A DNA stretch of 64,000 bases from Alphaproteobacteria bacterium (GCA_050246595.1 JBFWVT010000021.1:822-64821); one strand, 5' to 3'. Shown: positions 39,315 through 52,787, counted from the stretch's first letter. Program-made: numbers and translations. Notes: generated from the letters alone by a model not told the origin.

Positions 39315-41246
39315 TCAGCCGATTTTGCCGCCGTCCTCGCGGGTGACGATCAGGACCGAGGGGCGCGGCGGCATTCCGTCCTTGAAGTCGGGCCAGCGTG
39401 TCGCCGGGTCGTCAAAGGTCGATTCGCGACCAAACGGTTTCCAGTCCTTCACACCGTCGATACCCGGATGCTGCACCGCGATCGTCATCGCGGTGTCGCC
39501 CGGCAGAAACCGCATGCCGCAGACTTCAGCTCCGACCGGCGCCCGGAAAAACATGCGGCCGGTGCCGCGCGCCGGTCCCTCGGTTGCGAGCGCCCAGACC
39601 CCGTCGGCGCAACCTGACGCCTTGGACCAGGCCGAACCCTGGTCGGTGCCGACCCACAACCGTCCCCGCCGGTCGATCACCATATTATCCGGACATGCGA
39701 ACCAGCCGTTTTCGCTAGTCCCGGGGTTCCAGGTCGCCTGAACCGCGGGGTCGCCCGGGTCGCCGCAGCGCACCAGCACGTCCCAGACGAACCGGGTTGC
39801 GGCGTGGTCGTCGCCGGCATTGGTGATCTCGATAATGTGCCCCCAGATGTTCCTGGCGCGCGGGTTGGCGGGGTCCGGTCCGGGTTCGCCGGGCTTGTCC
39901 GAGTTCTCCTGCCGGAGCGCGTTATTGGTCAGGTTGACATATACCTTGCCGGTTATCGGGTTTGGTTCGATATCCTCGGGCCGGTCCATGCGGGTCGCGC
40001 CGAGCAGGTCGGCGGCGCGGCGCGCCTCGATCGCGACATCGCCCTGATCGTTGAACCCGTTCGCTGCGGTCAGCGCTTCGGCACCGTGGACGAGCGGCAA
40101 CCATTCGCCCGACCCGTCCGGGTTGAACTTCGCGGCGTAGAGCGTGCCGTGGTCGAGCAGGTCGCGGTTGGCGGCGCGGTCGGCGGGCTCGAACCGGCCC
40201 TCGGTGACAAATTTATAGACATATTCGAAACGCTCGTCGTCGCCGCTGTACACGGCGACCCGCCCATCCCTGGTCAGCGCGGTCTCGGCGCCTTCGTGCT
40301 TGAAACGGCCGAGCGCGGTGCGCTTTACCGGCGCGGCGGCCGGATCGAACGGGTCGATTTCGACAATCCAGCCGAACCGGTTCGGCTCGTTCGGTTCCTT
40401 TGCCAGATCGAAACGGTCGTGATAGCGCCCCCAGGCATACATTCCGCCGGGGAGATCGTAGCGTTTGTGGTTTGCCGTCTCCGGATGACCCTCCGGCGGC
40501 ATCCCTTCGAAATAAAAGTCGAAATTCTCCTCGCCGCTGAGATAGGTGCCCCACGGCGTCATGCCGCCGGCGCAGTTGCTGACCATGCCGATGATCTTGT
40601 TGCCAGCGGGATCGGCTGAACTCCACAACCGCTTGTGGCCCGAGGCCGGTCCGCCAACCCGCATTTCGGTGTCAAGCGCGGTGACGCGGCGGTTGTACCG
40701 GCTGCCCGGAACCCACGACCATCGCCCGTCGGCGCCTTTTTCGATTTCGACGATCGAGCAGCCATGCGCCGCCATCTCGATCTCGACCAGCTCCCTGGTC
40801 ATCGCCGCGAAATTCACGTCCTTCGCGCGCTGCCGCTGCTTGATGCCGGGGAACATCACCTCGGGTGCGGTATATTCGTGATTGACGCAGAGCAGACCGC
40901 GATTGTCGTCGATCGGCGCAAACCCGACATAATCGTTGTTGTAGCCGAACTGCTTCGACTGGGCTGCGGCGGTCTGCCTGAGCGGGTCGAACTCGGGCGC
41001 GCCGGCGACGATCGGATCGCCCCAGCGCAGCAGAATATCGACGCGATGCCCGGCGGCGACATGGTGCGTCTCGTCAATGCCGTGCGCGATCTCGTCGAAA
41101 TTAAAGACCGGGATTTCTTCCGACCCGGCGAAGACCGGAGGCGCGATGGCCGCTGTCGCGGCAGTCGCCAGCAGGCCCTTCAGCAAGTCGCGACGCGCGA
41201 CCCGCCGGGCGATGATGTCACCGAGAGTCGGATTGTCCTGCCGCAT
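39315..41246 (-). CDS. phoX: PhoX-family (DUF839) alkaline phosphatase, Tat-exported
   Basis: 643 aa. Twin-arginine signal RRVARRDLLKGLLATAATAAIAPPVFAG. PhoX-like beta-propeller body. Confidence 0.8.
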   Translation of the reverse strand: MRQDNPTLGDIIARRVARRDLLKGLLATAATAAIAPPVFAGSEEIPVFNFDEIAHGIDETHHVAAGHRVDILLRWGDPIVAGAPEFDPLRQTAAAQSKQFGYNNDYVGFAPIDDNRGLLCVNHEYTAPEVMFPGIKQRQRAKDVNFAAMTRELVEIEMAAHGCSIVEIEKGADGRWSWVPGSRYNRRVTALDTEMRVGGPASGHKRLWSSADPAGNKIIGMVSNCAGGMTPWGTYLSGEENFDFYFEGMPPEGHPETANHKRYDLPGGMYAWGRYHDRFDLAKEPNEPNRFGWIVEIDPFDPAAAPVKRTALGRFKHEGAETALTRDGRVAVYSGDDERFEYVYKFVTEGRFEPADRAANRDLLDHGTLYAAKFNPDGSGEWLPLVHGAEALTAANGFNDQGDVAIEARRAADLLGATRMDRPEDIEPNPITGKVYVNLTNNALRQENSDKPGEPGPDPANPRARNIWGHIIEITNAGDDHAATRFVWDVLVRCGDPGDPAVQATWNPGTSENGWFACPDNMVIDRRGRLWVGTDQGSAWSKASGCADGVWALATEGPARGTGRMFFRAPVGAEVCGMRFLPGDTAMTIAVQHPGIDGVKDWKPFGRESTFDDPATRWPDFKDGMPPRPSVLIVTREDGGKIG

Positions 41247-41334
41247 CGAGCACCCTCTGGAAGTTGCACCGGGATGCTACCGGACGTCTGTTACGGTTTT
41301 GCGTCCCCGGTCCGTCTACCAAATGCTCAACACT

Positions 41335-41395
41335 CGACCAATGCCCCCACCCTGCCCTCCCCCGCAAGCGGGGGAGGGTTAGGAACGGGATGCGG
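41335..41395 (+). repeat. REP element, direct copy of 39231-39291
   Basis: cgaccaatgcccccaccctgccctcccccgcaagcgggggagggttaggaacggg. Confidence 0.75.
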
Positions 41396-41489
41396 CACCG
41401 GGAAGATCAGACCAAGGGCGCTTAATACGGCGTCACCGGACCTGCCGGGCCGTCCCGCGTGGCATGGCCCGGCGGCCGCCGGCTTCCGG

Positions 41490-43040
<1,551 letters not shown>

Positions 43041-43261
43041 GATTTCGCCCCTCCACGCCTGCGCGGCTGTGATGATGTCCGCCCCTGCCCTGCCCTCTGG
43101 AAGCAAGCGGTGCGACGCTGCCCCTTTCGCTCCGATCGACGCGTGCGCCGCAGGTCCGGCAATGCCTCGCGGGGCGCTCCCCAGACGCGCTCTCCGCTGT
43201 GGCCGATCCGACGCTCCCACCCCGAACGGGTACAAGAAGCCGGACCCGAATCCAAGCAAAC

Positions 43262-44590
43262 TCAGAGATTTTCGCGCATCCAGCGTCCTACCCGCGCAAA
43301 AATCCCGCGACGCGCGATACGCCCCGGAAGCGGCGATTCGGCGCGCTCCGACAGCGCGAAATGCAGCAGCCCGGCGGCGGTCGAAAAGGCCGGACCGTGC
43401 GTTGCTTCCGTCAGCCCCTTGACCCGCATCGGCCGGCCGATCCTGACCTGCTTGTCGAGGATAAGCCCGGCCAATTCCCGCGCCCCGTGCATCTGGCAGG
43501 CGCCGCCGGTCAGCACGACCCGGCGCCCGGCGACCCGGTCGCTGCCGCTCGCGTCGAGCCGGTTGCGCACGAGTTCGAACGTTTCTTCAAGACGCGGCGC
43601 GATGATGCTGACCAGCAGCGATTTCGGCACATGGCTGACCTGGCTGTTTTCCTCTTCGCCGATCTGCGGCACCGCGATCATCTCGCGCTCGTCGAGGGTC
43701 GACGAGATCGCGCTGCCGAACAGCGCCTTTAATCGTTCGGCATGCGCCAGCGGCGTCGACAGACCGCGCGCGATGTCGTGCGTCACGTGCATGCCGCCGA
43801 CCGGCACCGCGTCGGCAAAGATAAGATTGCCGCCGAAAAACACCCCGATTGTCGTCGTGCCGCCGCCCATATCGACGATCGTGACCCCGAGATCCTTTTC
43901 GTCCTCGACCAGGCAGGCCAGACCCGCCGCGTAAGGGCTGACGACCAGCGCCTCGGCTTCGAGATGAGCGCGTCCGAGCGCCGCCGTATGGTTGCGCACA
44001 GCGGCGCTGGCAGCGGTCACGATATGCATGTCGACGCCGAGCCGCTCGCCGGTCATGCCGCGCGGATCGAGAATGAAGCGGCTGTCGTCGATCGAAAAGC
44101 CGACCGGGATCGAGTGGATGACCTGGCGATCCGGCGCATCGCGCATCGCATGACCGCGCTCCAGCACCTGACGCATGTCGGCGTCGCCGATTTCGCGCCG
44201 GCCGACCGCGATCCCGGTCCTGACGAGGCGCGAGGCGCGATAACCGCCCGACAGGTTGACGACGGCGCGGTCGATCCGCTGATCGGCAATCTGCTCGGCC
44301 GCATGCACCGCGCCGCTGATCGAGCTGCTGGCGGCTTCGAGATCGACAATCGTCCCGCCGCGCACGCCGCGCGCGATCTGCTGGCCGATTCCGAGAAGGC
44401 GCGGTCCGTCCTCGACCCGAGCGATAAAGCAGCAGATTTTTGTCGTGCCGATATCGATCGCCGCGACGATGCTGCCGCGCGGCCGCACCGATCCCGGGCG
44501 CTGTGCCGGACGCGCCGGGGCGGTGTTGCCGCTGGGCGCCGGGCCGTTCGGTGCCGGCGCGGGACGATGCTTCGCGGCGATCTGCTTCAC
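43262..44590 (-). CDS. ftsA: Cell division protein FtsA (actin-like ATPase)
   Basis: 442 aa. Motifs [12 protein letters not shown] and [13 protein letters not shown]. Located between ftsQ and ftsZ. Confidence 0.93.
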   Translation of the reverse strand: MKQIAAKHRPAPAPNGPAPSGNTAPARPAQRPGSVRPRGSIVAAIDIGTTKICCFIARVEDGPRLLGIGQQIARGVRGGTIVDLEAASSSISGAVHAAEQIADQRIDRAVVNLSGGYRASRLVRTGIAVGRREIGDADMRQVLERGHAMRDAPDRQVIHSIPVGFSIDDSRFILDPRGMTGERLGVDMHIVTAASAAVRNHTAALGRAHLEAEALVVSPYAAGLACLVEDEKDLGVTIVDMGGGTTTIGVFFGGNLIFADAVPVGGMHVTHDIARGLSTPLAHAERLKALFGSAISSTLDEREMIAVPQIGEEENSQVSHVPKSLLVSIIAPRLEETFELVRNRLDASGSDRVAGRRVVLTGGACQMHGARELAGLILDKQVRIGRPMRVKGLTEATHGPAFSTAAGLLHFALSERAESPLPGRIARRGIFARVGRWMRENL

Positions 44591-45465
44591 GTGTTTTTTC
44601 CGGGGGCGCGCGGTTTTGCCGGCGCGACTTCTTTTGCCGGCGCGGGCGGCGCGTTGACCCGCACGACCAGCCGGCCGGGCAGCCGCATGTCGACCCGCTG
44701 CACGTCGCGCTTGAGCAGGTTGTTGCGCCGTTCGAACGCGGCCAGGTGCACCCAGGCGGCTTCGGGATTGTCCTCGGGCAGCAGAACCTCGATCGAATCG
44801 TCGATGCGCAGGTTCCAGCGGCGATTATCGACCCGGATCGCGGCGGTGACCCGCGCCGCCAGTGCCGGTTCGCGCCCGAGCATCTCGATCAGCGCGGCGG
44901 CGCGCGGCGCGGCCCCGTCGCCGACCACCAGCGGCAAACGGGCGAAGCGGCCCAGATCGGCGCCCGGTATCACCTCCCCCTGGCGATCGATCAATTGCTG
45001 CCTGCCTTCGTGCTGCCACAGCGCGAGCGGCCGGCGTTCGATGAGCCGCACATGCAAGGTCCGCGGCAGCCGCCGCTCGATCGCGGCGGACCGCACCCAG
45101 GGCAGTTTTTCCAGCTCCGCTTTCGCCCGCCACAGATCGACCGCGAGGATCGGCGTGCCGCGCCCGGCCGCGAGCGCGGCCATGATCATCGCGCGCTCGG
45201 TCGTTTCGCGGCCCTCGACCTCGATGTCCTCGACCACCATGCCGAGCGCGGCGGTCGCCGTCATGGCCCGGTCGGCCGCTTCGGCCAGCAGCGCGTCGCG
45301 GTTTGGCGACTGGCTCAGCGCGAACCCGCCATAGACCAGCCCGGCGAGTGCGATCAGCGCCGACCATCGCACCGCGCGGCGCAGCACCGGCACGATCTGA
45401 CGCCGGCGGCGACGCAGCGGCGGCCGGGAGGAGGGTGTCTTCGGAGCGTGGGTGCGCTTTATCAT
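44587..45465 (-). CDS. ftsQ: Cell division protein FtsQ (POTRA domain)
   Basis: Start at ATG 45465 (MIKRTHAPK...), overlapping the murB stop (ATGA). A single TM segment ([17 protein letters not shown]) is followed by a POTRA/FtsQ body. Its own stop overlaps the ftsA ATG. Confidence 0.85.
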   Translation of the reverse strand: MIKRTHAPKTPSSRPPLRRRRRQIVPVLRRAVRWSALIALAGLVYGGFALSQSPNRDALLAEAADRAMTATAALGMVVEDIEVEGRETTERAMIMAALAAGRGTPILAVDLWRAKAELEKLPWVRSAAIERRLPRTLHVRLIERRPLALWQHEGRQQLIDRQGEVIPGADLGRFARLPLVVGDGAAPRAAALIEMLGREPALAARVTAAIRVDNRRWNLRIDDSIEVLLPEDNPEAAWVHLAAFERRNNLLKRDVQRVDMRLPGRLVVRVNAPPAPAKEVAPAKPRAPGKNT

Positions 45466-46391
45466 CCGGTTCCCGCGGACCTGCCCGCCGCCTTTTCTCC
45501 GATCCGGCGGATTTCCCATTCGAGCATGATGCCGCGGCGATCGTACACAAGATGCCGCACCTCTTCGCCCAGTCCCTCAAGATCGGCGGCGGTTGCGTTG
45601 CCGGTGTTGATCAGGAAATTGGTGTGCTTTTCCGAAACCATAGCGCCGCCGCGGGTCAGACCGCGACAGCCGGCCTCGTCGATCAGCCGCCATGCCTGAT
45701 GGCCGGGAGGATTGGCGAAGGTGGAACCGCCGGTGCGCGCGCGAATCGGCTGCGAGGCCTCGCGCGCCGCCCGGATCTGCTCGATGTGGCGGGCGATCGC
45801 GGCCGGCTCGCCGGGTCTGCCGCGAAACCGTGCGGCGATGAAGATCCAGTCGGGATCGACCTCGGAATGGCGGTAGGACAGCCCCATCCGCTCGACCGGT
45901 ATTGTGTGCCTGACGCCGTCGCGGTCGATCGTTTCGGCCGAGATCAGCACGTCCTTGAACTCGCTTCCGTAAGCGCCGGCATTGGTGCGGAACCCGCCGC
46001 CGATCGTGCCGGGGATGCCGGAGAGGAATTCGAGCCCGGCGACCCCGGCTTCGGCGGCGGTCAACGCGACATTGAGATCGAGCGCGCCGGCCCCGGTCTC
46101 GACCAGCTCCGGCGCGGCATTGATCGCGGCAAAACCGCGCCCGAGGCGCACGGTGACGCCCTTGATGCCGCCATCGCGCACCAGCAGGTTCGAGCCGACC
46201 CCGATCGTCGTGACCGGGACCTCACGCGGCAGCGCTTTCAGAAATCCTGCCAGATCCTCGGCATCGGCCGGGCGGAACAGCACCTCGGCCGGGCCGCCGA
46301 CCCGGAACCACGTCAACGGCCCGATCGGCGCGTTCGGCGTCAGACGCCCGCGCACCGGCGGCAGAAGTTCGATCAAGCCGCCGCCGGGCAT
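45462..46391 (-). CDS. murB: UDP-N-acetylenolpyruvoylglucosamine reductase
   Basis: 309 aa with an FAD-binding PCMH-type N-domain ([29 protein letters not shown]) and a MurB C-domain (GSTFANP). Confidence 0.9.
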   Translation of the reverse strand: MPGGGLIELLPPVRGRLTPNAPIGPLTWFRVGGPAEVLFRPADAEDLAGFLKALPREVPVTTIGVGSNLLVRDGGIKGVTVRLGRGFAAINAAPELVETGAGALDLNVALTAAEAGVAGLEFLSGIPGTIGGGFRTNAGAYGSEFKDVLISAETIDRDGVRHTIPVERMGLSYRHSEVDPDWIFIAARFRGRPGEPAAIARHIEQIRAAREASQPIRARTGGSTFANPPGHQAWRLIDEAGCRGLTRGGAMVSEKHTNFLINTGNATAADLEGLGEEVRHLVYDRRGIMLEWEIRRIGEKAAGRSAGTG

Positions 46392-46417
46392 GATCCGGAT
46401 TTATCTGAGAGCTGTCC

Positions 46418-46550
46418 GGTAAGCCCCTCTCCCGCACTGCGGGAGAGGGTGGCTCGCCCGGCCACGGGCGAGCCGGATGAGGGTATCGCCGCCGAACCGG
46501 CTGCTTGCCCCCTCACCCCGACCCTCTCCCCCGGTGGGGGAGAGGGAGCT
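46418..46550. repeat. Two REP hairpins in the murC-murB gap
   Basis: cccctctcccgcactgcgggagaggg (about 46421-46446) and ccctctcccccggtgggggagaggg (about 46522-46547). Confidence 0.65.
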
Positions 46551-46572
46551 TTCTGGGTTCTTCGAAGAAACG

Positions 46573-47997
46573 TCATGCGACGCGGCTCCGGGCATCGAGT
46601 TGCGCCAGCTCCTCGGGCAACGCGTTGGCCCAGTTCGTGATCGAGCCGGCGCCGAGGCAGACGACCATGTCGCCCGGCCGCGCCTCCTCGCGCAACAGCG
46701 GCGCCAGATCCCGAGAGTCGGTCAGCGGCCGGGCGCTGCGATGCCCGTGCGCCCGCAGACCGGCGACCAGCCCGTCCCGCGACGCGCCCTCGATCGGGGC
46801 CTCGCCGGCGGCGTACACGTCGGCGACCAGCACCATGTCGGCGTCGTTGAAACAGGTGCAGAACCCGTCGAACAAATCGCGCAGCCGCGTGTAGCGGTGC
46901 GGCTGCACGACCGCGATGACCCGCCCCGTCGCCACCGCACGCGCCGCCTTCAGCACGGCCGCGATCTCGACCGGGTGATGGCCGTAATCGTCGATAATTG
47001 TGACGCCGTTCCATTCGCCGGTCCTGGTAAATCGACGCCGCACCCCGGCGAACCCGCGCAAGGCTTCGCGCACAATTTCGTCGCCGATGCCCAGCTCGTC
47101 GGCGACCGCAATCACGGTCATTGCGTTCTGCACGTTGTGCTCGCCGAACATCGGCAGCATCAGATCGGGAATGCGGCGCTCGCGTCCGCCGGGCCGATCG
47201 GCGATCACCGCGTCGAACCGGCTGCCCTCGGCGCCGATCCGGATATCGGCGGCGCGGAAATCGGCTTGGGCGCTGAGACCGTAGGTGATGATGCGGCGGT
47301 CGGAGACTCGCGGGATCATGCCCTGCACGACCGAATGATCGAGACACAGCACCGCAAAACCGTAAAACGGGATGTTCGAGACGAAATTCTCGAACGCTTG
47401 ATGCAGCGAAGCGACATCGCCGTAGAAATCGAGATGCTCGGGGTCGATATTGGTGACGATTGCGACCGTCGCCGGCAATCGCGTAAAGGTGCCGTCGCTC
47501 TCATCCGCCTCGACCGCCATCCAGTCGCCGGCCCCGAGCCTCGTATTGGTGCCGTAGGCGTTGATGATGCCGCCGTTTATCACGGTCGGGTCGAGCCCGG
47601 CGGTTTCGAGCAAGGTCCCGATCATCGAGGTCGTCGTCGTCTTGCCGTGCGTGCCGGCGATCGCGATCGCCCGCTTCAGCCGCATCAGCTCGGCCAGCAT
47701 CTCGGCGCGGCGAACGACCGGCAGGCGGCGGGCGCGGGCCGCCATGACTTCCGGGTTGTCGGGTTTCACGGCCGAGGAAATCACGACGACCTCGGCCGAA
47801 TCGAGATTCTCCGCGACGTGGCCGATCCTGACCGGGATGCCGAGACCAGCGAGCCGGCGCGTGTTGGCGCCGTCCGCCAGATCGCTGCCCTGCACCCGAT
47901 AGCCGAGATTGTGCAAGACCTCGGCGATGCCGCTCATGCCGATACCGCCGATGCCGATAAAATGGATCGGCCCGATCGAATCCGGCAACGATCTCAT
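46573..47997 (-). CDS. murC: UDP-N-acetylmuramate--L-alanine ligase
   Basis: 474 aa. Motifs [18 protein letters not shown] and [14 protein letters not shown]. The ATG overlaps the murG stop (ATGA). Confidence 0.93.
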   Translation of the reverse strand: MRSLPDSIGPIHFIGIGGIGMSGIAEVLHNLGYRVQGSDLADGANTRRLAGLGIPVRIGHVAENLDSAEVVVISSAVKPDNPEVMAARARRLPVVRRAEMLAELMRLKRAIAIAGTHGKTTTTSMIGTLLETAGLDPTVINGGIINAYGTNTRLGAGDWMAVEADESDGTFTRLPATVAIVTNIDPEHLDFYGDVASLHQAFENFVSNIPFYGFAVLCLDHSVVQGMIPRVSDRRIITYGLSAQADFRAADIRIGAEGSRFDAVIADRPGGRERRIPDLMLPMFGEHNVQNAMTVIAVADELGIGDEIVREALRGFAGVRRRFTRTGEWNGVTIIDDYGHHPVEIAAVLKAARAVATGRVIAVVQPHRYTRLRDLFDGFCTCFNDADMVLVADVYAAGEAPIEGASRDGLVAGLRAHGHRSARPLTDSRDLAPLLREEARPGDMVVCLGAGSITNWANALPEELAQLDARSRVA

Positions 47998-49169
47998 GCT
48001 GCGTGCTCCTTGGCGGCGCGCTCCCTGTCGGGGCGCTCCCTGTCGGCGAACCCGGTCCCCGCCGCCATGTCCAGCACGAGCGCCGCCAGCCGGTCGGCCG
48101 CATCGTCCGGGGCGAAACGGCGCGCCTGCATCGCGGCCTGACGCAGACCAGCCGGGTCGGCAAGACGCTCGCCGAGCATCCGGGTAAGCATCGCGGAGGA
48201 AAAATCCGGTTGCGGGATGACCCGGGCCGCGCCGGAATCGGCAAAGGCGCGGGCGTTTGCGGTCTGGTGGTCATCGGTCGCGTGGGGATAGGGCACCAGC
48301 AGCGCCGGGCGTCCGACGGCGGCCAGCTCCGCGACTGTCGAGGCACCCGAGCGGCAGATCACCAGTTGCGCGCGCGCCAGACGCTGCGGGATGTCAGTGA
48401 AAAAGCTGCTGATCTCGGCTTTGATGCCGGCCGCTTTCATCCGTGCAGTCACCCGGTCGCAATCCTCGGGCCGCGCCTGCTGGCTGATCCGCAGCGCGTT
48501 GCGCAGGACGGGCGGCAAGGCGGCGAGCGCTTCCGGCACGATGTCGGCGAAAACGCGCGCGCCCTGGCTGCCGCCGGTAATCAGCACCTCGATCTTCTCG
48601 CCGGGTCGCGGCGGGAGATATTCGGCCCCGGCGACCGCCAGCACTTCCGGTCTTACCGGATTGCCGGTATGCACGGCGCGCGCCCTGTCGGCCGGACGCA
48701 GCCCGGCGGGCGCAGCGAACCCGGTCGCGATCCGCCCGACGCGTCCGGCCAACAGCCGATTGGCGCGGCCGAGCACGGCATTCTGTTCGTGGATCACGGT
48801 CGGACATCCGAGCCGGATCGCGGCCAGCATCGTCGGGATCGATGTGTAACCGCCAAAACCGATCACCGCGTCGGGCGCCAGCCGCCGCAGCAGACGCCGC
48901 GCCTGAACAAACCCGAATACCGTCTCGGCGACGCCGCGAGCGGCCCGGATCGCTCCGCCTCCGATACGCCCCGCCCGGACCTGACAGATTTCGATTCCCG
49001 GCACCGCCCCGGAGAGCGCACCGGCCCGCCGGTCGGTGGCGAGCACGACCCGCGCGCCCGAAGCGACGAGCCTCTCGGCCAGTGCCTGGGCCGGGAACAG
49101 ATGCCCGCCAGTGCCGCCTGCGGCGAGCACGAACAACATCCGGCCGGTCTCTCCGGCGCGCGCGTTCAC
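47994..49169 (-). CDS. murG: Undecaprenyldiphospho-muramoylpentapeptide beta-N-acetylglucosaminyltransferase
   Basis: [15 protein letters not shown] motif. The start is either GTG 49169, overlapping the ftsW stop (GTGA), or ATG 49139 (MLFVLAAGG). ORF-track entry 47994..50243 is an out-of-frame read-through over ftsW. Confidence 0.9.
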   Translation of the reverse strand: MNARAGETGRMLFVLAAGGTGGHLFPAQALAERLVASGARVVLATDRRAGALSGAVPGIEICQVRAGRIGGGAIRAARGVAETVFGFVQARRLLRRLAPDAVIGFGGYTSIPTMLAAIRLGCPTVIHEQNAVLGRANRLLAGRVGRIATGFAAPAGLRPADRARAVHTGNPVRPEVLAVAGAEYLPPRPGEKIEVLITGGSQGARVFADIVPEALAALPPVLRNALRISQQARPEDCDRVTARMKAAGIKAEISSFFTDIPQRLARAQLVICRSGASTVAELAAVGRPALLVPYPHATDDHQTANARAFADSGAARVIPQPDFSSAMLTRMLGERLADPAGLRQAAMQARRFAPDDAADRLAALVLDMAAGTGFADRERPDRERAAKEHAA

Positions 49170-50284
49170 ACCTCGCTCCCGCCAAAGCGGCGTCTTGTCA
49201 GGGCCAGCACCATGCCCATCCCGAACGCCAGCGCCAGCATCGACGATCCGCCATAGGACAGAAACGGCAGCGTCATGCCCTTTGTCGGGATCAGGTGCAG
49301 CGCCGAGGCCATGTTGATGATCGCCTGCACACCGAACTGCATCAGCAATCCGGTCGCGGCGAGCATGACAAACAGATTCTCCTCCTGCACCAGCCGCGAC
49401 AGCCCGCGCAGCACGACAAACGCAAACACCGCCACAATCAGGGCGCAGACGACGACCCCGAACTCCTCGCCGGCGACCGCAAAGACAAAATCGGCGTGCG
49501 CATCCGGCAATACGTCCTTGACCCTGCCCTCCCCCGGACCGCGGCCCCACAGACCGCCATTGGCGAAAGCCTCCATCGCGCGCCTGACCTGATAGCTGTC
49601 GCCAGCCTCCGGGTCGAGAAACCGGTCGATCCGGCTGGTCACATGCGGTAGCAGCAGATAGGCGCCAACCAGCCCCGACACGCCGGCGATGCCGCCCGCC
49701 GCCACCCAGTAGAGACGCAGCCCGGCCATAAAGAATTGCCCGAACCACACCAAAGCAACGACGACGGCCATGCCCAGATCGGGTTGCTTGACCAGCATCG
49801 CGAGGATCACAAGACACAGCGCGATCGAGACGAGATTGCCGGGAAATCCGGGCTTTTCCTTCTGTTTCGCGAACAGCCAGGCGGCGAGCACGGCAAAGCT
49901 CGGCTTGACGAATTCCGAGGGCTGCAACGACAGACCCGGCAGGTTGATCCAGCGCCGCGCGCCCTTGACCTCGGCCCCGATCACAAAGGTCAGCGCCAGC
50001 AGCACAAACGAGACCGCGAAGACGATGAACGCGAACCGCCTGACGCTGCGCGGCGGCAGCAGCGAGACCGCGAACATGATCGCCAGCGCGAACGGGATCA
50101 GCGCCAGCTGACGCTCGGCGAAATACAGCGGGTCGTAGCCGAGCCGCTCGGCGACCGGCGGGCTCGCCGCCATGGTCATCACCGTGCCAAAAAATACCAG
50201 CGCGATCAGCCCGCCCAAGGTCCAGCGATCGACGGTCCACCACCAGCGGGCAATCGGCCGCCGATCGATGCGCGCGAACATCAT
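49166..50284 (-). CDS. ftsW: SEDS-family peptidoglycan glycosyltransferase FtsW
   Basis: 372 aa with about 10 TM segments. C-terminal motif TKGMTLPFLSYGGSSM. Confidence 0.92.
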   Translation of the reverse strand: MMFARIDRRPIARWWWTVDRWTLGGLIALVFFGTVMTMAASPPVAERLGYDPLYFAERQLALIPFALAIMFAVSLLPPRSVRRFAFIVFAVSFVLLALTFVIGAEVKGARRWINLPGLSLQPSEFVKPSFAVLAAWLFAKQKEKPGFPGNLVSIALCLVILAMLVKQPDLGMAVVVALVWFGQFFMAGLRLYWVAAGGIAGVSGLVGAYLLLPHVTSRIDRFLDPEAGDSYQVRRAMEAFANGGLWGRGPGEGRVKDVLPDAHADFVFAVAGEEFGVVVCALIVAVFAFVVLRGLSRLVQEENLFVMLAATGLLMQFGVQAIINMASALHLIPTKGMTLPFLSYGGSSMLALAFGMGMVLALTRRRFGGSEV

Positions 50285-51693
50285 GTCCGCTCCCCGGGCC
50301 GCATCACCCCGGGCAACCTCGCGACAAGCTCCCGGAAGCGATCGCCGCGGACCTCGAAATTCGGGAACTGGTCGTAGGACGCGCAGGCCGGCGACAGCAG
50401 CACGACAGCTCCCGGCACCCCGTCGCGCTGGGCCTCCTCATGCGCCGCGGCGAGCGCGGCGGCGAGGTCGCCGCAGCGTTTGAACGGCACCGCATCGCCG
50501 AGCGTCGCCGCGAACTCCTCGGTCGCGGCCCCGATCAGATAGGCCCGTCGAACGCGCCCGAAATACGAGGTCAGCGGGGTGATGCCGCCGGCCTTTGGCA
50601 GCCCGCCGAGAACCCAGTAGATCGAATCGTAGCAGGCGAGCGCCTTTTCGGCGGCGTCGGCGTTGGTGGCCTTCGAATCGTTGATGTACCGCACTCCGCC
50701 GATCGTGCCGACCAGCTCCTGGCGGTGTGCAAGGCCGGGAAACGACCGGATCGCCGCCACGATCCGATCGGGATCGACGCCGAGGGCGCGCGATGCCGCG
50801 TAGGAAGCCGCCGCGTTCTGCGCGTTGTGCGATCCCGGCAGGCGCTCGGCCAAGGCGAGGTCGAGAACGCGCTCGGGCCGTTCCCCGGTCGCGTCGATCA
50901 GCCATCCGGCTTCGGCATAGACGCCGCCCGGTACGGTCTGAGTCACCGAAATCGGGATGACCCGCGCCCGGCCGGCACGACGCAATTCGTCGCAGATGTC
51001 GCGGCAGATCGGGTCGTCGATGCCGACGATTGCCGCCGCACCGGAGCCTTGGCGCGCGAAGATGCGCTTCTTGGCCGCGACATAGGCGTCCATGTCGCCG
51101 TGCCGATCGAGATGGTCGGGGGTGATGTTGAGCAGCACCGCGACCTCGAAGGCGAGCGTCTCGATCAGATCGAGCTGAAACGAACTCGTCTCAAGGACAT
51201 AAATCCCGTCCGCGCCGAGCGGCGCCAGCGACAGCGCCGGCGTGCCGAGATTGCCGCCGATTTCGACTCGCCTGCCGGTCTCGGCGAGAATGTGTCCGAT
51301 CAGCGCCGTCGTGGTCGATTTGCCGTTGGTGCCGGTGATCCCGACATAGCGCGAATCGGGCTGCGCGCGTCCCAGCAGTTCGATATCGCCGATGATTTCG
51401 ACACCGGAATCGCGGGCGCAACGCACTGCCGGATGCGGCTCGGGATGGGTCAGCGGGATGCCGGGCGACAGCACCAGCGCCGCGATCCCGCGCCAATCCA
51501 CCATTTGCGGATCGACCAGTTGCGGATCGACCAGCGGCATCTCGGCGGCCACCGCGTCGCGCGTCTTGACGCTGTCGTCCCAGGCCAGCACCGCGGCGCC
51601 GCCTTCCAGCAGCGCGCGCAGCGCCGCGCGGCCCGAGCGCGCGAGACCCAGAACCGCCACCCGCTTCCCGGAAAAACCCGTTGCGACAATCAT
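50281..51693 (-). CDS. murD: UDP-N-acetylmuramoylalanine--D-glutamate ligase
   Basis: Start at ATG 51693 (MIVATGFSGKRVAVLGLARSGRAA). GITGTNGKSTTTALIGHIL motif. The stop overlaps the ftsW ATG (ATGA). The ORF-track start at 52515 is an extension across mraY. Confidence 0.92.
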   Translation of the reverse strand: MIVATGFSGKRVAVLGLARSGRAALRALLEGGAAVLAWDDSVKTRDAVAAEMPLVDPQLVDPQMVDWRGIAALVLSPGIPLTHPEPHPAVRCARDSGVEIIGDIELLGRAQPDSRYVGITGTNGKSTTTALIGHILAETGRRVEIGGNLGTPALSLAPLGADGIYVLETSSFQLDLIETLAFEVAVLLNITPDHLDRHGDMDAYVAAKKRIFARQGSGAAAIVGIDDPICRDICDELRRAGRARVIPISVTQTVPGGVYAEAGWLIDATGERPERVLDLALAERLPGSHNAQNAAASYAASRALGVDPDRIVAAIRSFPGLAHRQELVGTIGGVRYINDSKATNADAAEKALACYDSIYWVLGGLPKAGGITPLTSYFGRVRRAYLIGAATEEFAATLGDAVPFKRCGDLAAALAAAHEEAQRDGVPGAVVLLSPACASYDQFPNFEVRGDRFRELVARLPGVMRPGERT

Positions 51694-51698
51694 CGGTC

Positions 51699-52787
51699 TC
51701 ACCGCAGCTTCAGGGTCGACAATCCGGCGATGGCCAGGATGATCGCGATGATCCAGAAGCGGATCACGATCTTCGGCTCCTCCCAGCCCAGCTGCTCGAA
51801 ATGATGATGCAGCGGCGCCATGCGGAAAACGCGCCGCCCGGTCGATTTGAAGCTGACGACCTGCACGATCACCGACACCGCTTCGAGCACGAACAAGCCG
51901 CCGATGATGACGAGCACCAGCTCGTGCTTTGTGATGATGCTGATCGCGCCGAGCGCCGCGCCGATCGACAGCGACCCGGTATCGCCCATAAAGACGCTGG
52001 CGGGCGGCGCGTTGAACCACAAAAACCCGAGACTGGCCCCGACCAGCGCGCCGCAGAACACCATCAGCTCGTCGGCGCGGGCGATATGGTGCAGTTGCAG
52101 ATAATTCGCGTACACCGCATTGCCGACCATATAGGCGATGACCGCAAAGGCGGCGGCGGCAATCATCGCCGGCCCGATCGCCAGCCCGTCCAGCCCGTCG
52201 GTCAGGTTGACGGCGTTCGATGCGCCGGTGATCACCAGTACACCGAATGGTATGAAGAACCAGCCCAGATTGATTAGCATATCCTTCAGAAACGGCACGG
52301 CCAGCGTGTTGGCCAGCGACTCGCGCGTGACAAAGGCCAGAGCGATGCAGGCCACGGTCGACAGCAGGATTTGCAACAGCAATTTGACGCGGCCCGGCAT
52401 GCCGTGATGCGAGCGCCGGGTCAATTTCCGGAAATCGTCGAAAAACCCGATCAAACCGAACCCGACCGTGACGCCGAGCACGATCCAGACATACGGGTTT
52501 GTGATGTCGGCCCACAGGATCGTCGAGACGGTCAGTGCGCTCAAGATCAGGAAGCCGCCCATTGTCGGCGTCCCTTTTTTGCGGATCAGATGGCTTTGCG
52601 GCCCGTCGGTGCGAATCGGCTGCCCCTCGCGCTGCACCGAGCGCAGCCAGGCGATCAGGCTCGGCCCGAAAATGAAGCTGATCAACAGTGAAGTGACGAC
52701 CGCACCGCCCGAGCGGAACGTGATATAGCGAAAGACATTGAAGGCGCTGAAATATTCGGAAAGCGGGTAAAGCAGCAGATAAAGCAT
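51699..52787 (-). CDS. mraY: Phospho-N-acetylmuramoyl-pentapeptide transferase
   Basis: 362 aa polytopic membrane protein. Motifs [18 protein letters not shown] and MGDTGSL. Confidence 0.95.
   Translation of the reverse strand: MLYLLLYPLSEYFSAFNVFRYITFRSGGAVVTSLLISFIFGPSLIAWLRSVQREGQPIRTDGPQSHLIRKKGTPTMGGFLILSALTVSTILWADITNPYVWIVLGVTVGFGLIGFFDDFRKLTRRSHHGMPGRVKLLLQILLSTVACIALAFVTRESLANTLAVPFLKDMLINLGWFFIPFGVLVITGASNAVNLTDGLDGLAIGPAMIAAAAFAVIAYMVGNAVYANYLQLHHIARADELMVFCGALVGASLGFLWFNAPPASVFMGDTGSLSIGAALGAISIITKHELVLVIIGGLFVLEAVSVIVQVVSFKSTGRRVFRMAPLHHHFEQLGWEEPKIVIRFWIIAIILAIAGLSTLKLR

Noticed and set aside
41247-41335. Pho box upstream of phoX (CTGTTAC-GGTT-TTGCGTC on the plus strand)
   Set aside because: It is only a partial match to the CTGTCAT-N4-CTGTCAT consensus and is on the strand opposite to the gene, so it is not convincing without comparative data.
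47994-50243. 749-aa ORF suggesting a large fusion protein upstream of MurG
   Set aside because: Only the C-terminal ~390 residues are MurG. The N-terminal part is an alternative frame across ftsW (49166..50284), which has clear SEDS features in its own frame.
50281-52515. 744-aa ORF suggesting an extended MurD
   Set aside because: MurD starts at ATG 51693 (MIVATGFSGKRVAVLG...). The upstream 274 codons are an off-frame read across mraY.
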